Shown in pieces: positions 62,024-64,000 of a stretch of DNA of 64,000 nt. Each line of letters starts with the position of its first letter. Position 1 is the first letter of the stretch. The translations under genes and the position numbers were made by a program. This DNA is from Candidatus Babeliales bacterium (lineage in GTDB: Bacteria > Babelota > Babeliae > Babelales > JANWKD01), in the NCBI GenBank assembly GCA_963762115.1, contig CAVXJH010000003.1, positions 224,001 through 288,000 of the forward strand. Reading direction: 5' to 3'. A model generated the notes under the pieces. It did no database searches and was not told the DNA's origin. It saw only the letters and a program-made list of their open reading frames with translations.

Positions 62024-62173
62024 AGTTTTATTCCTTTAAACGTATTACTACGTATTTTTATCGTTCTATTTATATACATACAAGGTAATCAACATTTTCA
62101 CGAAAAAAGACGTGAAGGTGCCGGACACAATGATCACGAATTAAGATCGCAATCACCATTCATTAAAAAATAA

Positions 62174-62326
62174 TTAAAAACTAAAGGGAAAGAAAAAAGA
62201 AAAAAATGGACAGGGAAAAAGAAGAGTAGATTTGAATGAAAGATGTGGCGAAATATTCAGGAGCATTTTTGCTTCTATCCTGAGCTTTCTTTTATTAGAT
62301 TCGCAAGGTTTTTGTTGAGATAACAT
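62174..62326 (-). CDS. Phe-rich leader peptide (50 aa)
   Basis: RBS AAGGAAGG; ...STLLFPCPFFSFFFPFSF*; 8 Phe in last 14 codons; TTGACA-16-TAAGCT upstream. Confidence 0.65.
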   Translation of the reverse strand: MLSQQKPCESNKRKLRIEAKMLLNISPHLSFKSTLLFPCPFFSFFFPFSF

Positions 62327-62549
62327 GACCTTCCTTTTCTTTAAAATGGTAAAAATAATACATGCTTGTGTATAAGCTTACAATATATAAATTTAATGTC
62401 AATATGAAATTAAATGTTTTTTAAAATTACAATATCAAATCAGGATTATTCTTAAATTTTCAAAAAAAAATTTCTTCTACTTTAAAGCTTATCTATAACC
62501 AAAAAACTAGTTCTTGCTATTTGTATTATTTAATGGTATAAATAATAAT

Positions 62550-62696
62550 ATGAAGATTAAAAAACCTACTATTCACAACTCATCCTTAGGTGCTAAAGCT
62601 TGTGGCCTTAACAGAGCCAAAAGCCAGAATTGCGCCCTTTCTTATATCAATTCTTATTATTTTTATTTTATATATGAGGGGTCGCATTATGCCTAA
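62550..62696 (+). CDS. Tyr(/Phe)-rich leader peptide (48 aa)
   Basis: MKIKK...CALSYINSYYFYFIYEGSHYA*; 6 Tyr and 2 Phe in last 17 codons, none earlier. Confidence 0.8.
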   Translation: MKIKKPTIHNSSLGAKACGLNRAKSQNCALSYINSYYFYFIYEGSHYA

Positions 62697-62731
62697 ATTA
62701 TAAATTTGAAAAATTATAAGGCAATTTGCGC

Positions 62732-62764
62732 AAAACCCCCGTTAAAAAACGGGGGTTTTTTTTT
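62732..62764 (+). terminator. Attenuator terminator upstream of ilvE
   Basis: aaaacccccgtt-aaa-aacgggggtttt plus U run, 50 nt before the ilvE ATG. Confidence 0.88.
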
Positions 62765-62813
62765 GCCAAAAACTTACATGTTGTTGTTAACAATTAATAA
62801 AAGGAAAACAAAG

Positions 62814-63713
62814 ATGAATCAATCAGTTATATGGCTTGACGGAACCTTAGTTCCATGGGATCAGGCTACAATTCACCTAATGACCCACACATTGCATTAT
62901 GGTTCAGGAGCTTTTGAAGGCATTCGATGCTATGCAACAGAACAAGGTCCCGCAATTTTCAGATTATCTGATCATGTTGATAGATTATTGCATTCATTTT
63001 CTTGTTTTGGCACCAAAATTCCCTGGACAAAAGCAACATTAGAACAAGCAATTATTGATACAATAAAAGCAAATAAACTTGATAACTGTTATATCCGCCC
63101 TCTTATTTTTTTTGGATCAGAATCACTCTTATTAAGTCCAAAAAACTTATCGGTTCATTGCGCTATTATTGTTATTGGCATGGATAAATATTTAGGAAAA
63201 GAAGCTATCAATGTTGGCATTTCTTTGATTAGACGTATTAACCCTCAATCAGTGCCAATACATAACAAAATAAATGGTTATTACGTTAATTCTATTTTTG
63301 CTTTTCATGAAATAAAAGATCGTGGATTTGATGAAGCCTTATTGCTCGATCATGAAGGAAATATCTCAGAAGGCTCTGTAGCTAATATATTTTTCGTTAT
63401 TGATGGCATACTCAAAACACCACCCCCCACATCAATTTTGCCGGGCATAACACGTGCATCAGTATTAACTATTGCTCAAAAATTAAATATTAAAACCAGT
63501 GAAGAAACAATAACCTTGCATGATATTACCCGAGCAACAGAAGCATTTTTTACCGGAACAGCAAGCGAAATTACATCAATTAAACAAATTGAACAAAAAG
63601 AATTTTCATTAACTCAAAATAAATTCACACAAAAAATAAAGAATTCTTATCATAATTGTATAACAGGAAAAGATACCTCTTTTAAATCTTGGTTAACACA
63701 TATTAATAATTAA
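62814..63713 (+). CDS. ilvE: Branched-chain/class IV amino-acid aminotransferase
   Basis: LHYGSGAFEGIRCY, YIRP, K..G.Y.NS, EGSVANIF, ILPGITR, FFTGTASEI. Confidence 0.92.
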   Translation: MNQSVIWLDGTLVPWDQATIHLMTHTLHYGSGAFEGIRCYATEQGPAIFRLSDHVDRLLHSFSCFGTKIPWTKATLEQAIIDTIKANKLDNCYIRPLIFFGSESLLLSPKNLSVHCAIIVIGMDKYLGKEAINVGISLIRRINPQSVPIHNKINGYYVNSIFAFHEIKDRGFDEALLLDHEGNISEGSVANIFFVIDGILKTPPPTSILPGITRASVLTIAQKLNIKTSEETITLHDITRATEAFFTGTASEITSIKQIEQKEFSLTQNKFTQKIKNSYHNCITGKDTSFKSWLTHINN

Positions 63714-63738
63714 TCGTTATATAAGAAAAGGACCCCAT

Positions 63739-64000
63739 ATGAAAAAAATGATTTTGATTATAGTAATCATAATAACAGTTGTTACGAGCTTTATTATTAT
63801 TAAACGTACAAAAAAAACAGGCTCACCAACCGCCCTCACTATTGGCATACTGCAAACAGCATCACATCCAGCACTCGATGCTTCTCGTGATGGTTTCATC
63901 GAAGAATTAAAAAACAAAATGGGCAACAACATTGAATTTATCACTCAAAATGCACAAGGCTCAGTAGCTCAATCTCATGCAATCGCACAACAATTTCATG
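63739..64000 (+). CDS. ABC substrate-binding protein, Trp/Tyr-type, truncated by window end
   Basis: Not in ORF track; MKKMILIIV...IGILQTASHPALDASRDGFIEEL...QNAQG. Confidence 0.8.
   Translation, partial: MKKMILIIVIIITVVTSFIIIKRTKKTGSPTALTIGILQTASHPALDASRDGFIEELKNKMGNNIEFITQNAQGSVAQSHAIAQQFH

Noticed and set aside
63717..63944. Minus-strand 75-aa ORF
   Set aside because: It is the antisense shadow of the plus-strand ABC binding-protein gene starting at 63739.
1..64000. CRISPR arrays, tRNA/rRNA genes, IS transposases, known defence systems
   Set aside because: None recognised by eye; the repeats found are paralogue segments or single palindromes, not spaced arrays.

Overview
This is an AT-rich bacterial chromosome segment. 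Housekeeping genes (ileS, lnt, rplI, dnaB, ruvC, recF, dnaN, xerD, proS, rny, zapA, rplT/rpmI/infC, recA, miaA, carD, dnaK) are interleaved with many lineage-specific signal-peptide proteins. That style suggests a protist-infecting intracellular bacterium such as Babelota/Dependentiae (TM6); this is inference only. The main observation is six unannotated short leader ORFs enriched in one amino acid near the 3' end. Five precede genes relevant to that amino acid: Ile before a peptidase and ileS, Pro before putP, Met before a SAM hydrolase, Trp before an aminoacylase and Trp/Tyr-type ABC operon, and Tyr before ilvE and an ABC binding protein. The sixth (Phe) precedes an unknown secreted protein. 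The Trp leader contains a prfB-like +1 frameshift site with UGG in place of UGA. Also seen: a dif-like site at about 17.0 kb, a candidate anti-RBS small RNA at about 19.7 kb, a GC-rich structured element and a HAIR-like operator upstream of dnaK, an RPE-like palindrome, several effector-like proteins with eukaryote-type motifs, and four frameshifted genes. No rRNA, tRNA, CRISPR array or transposase was recognised. All calls were made by eye without database searches.
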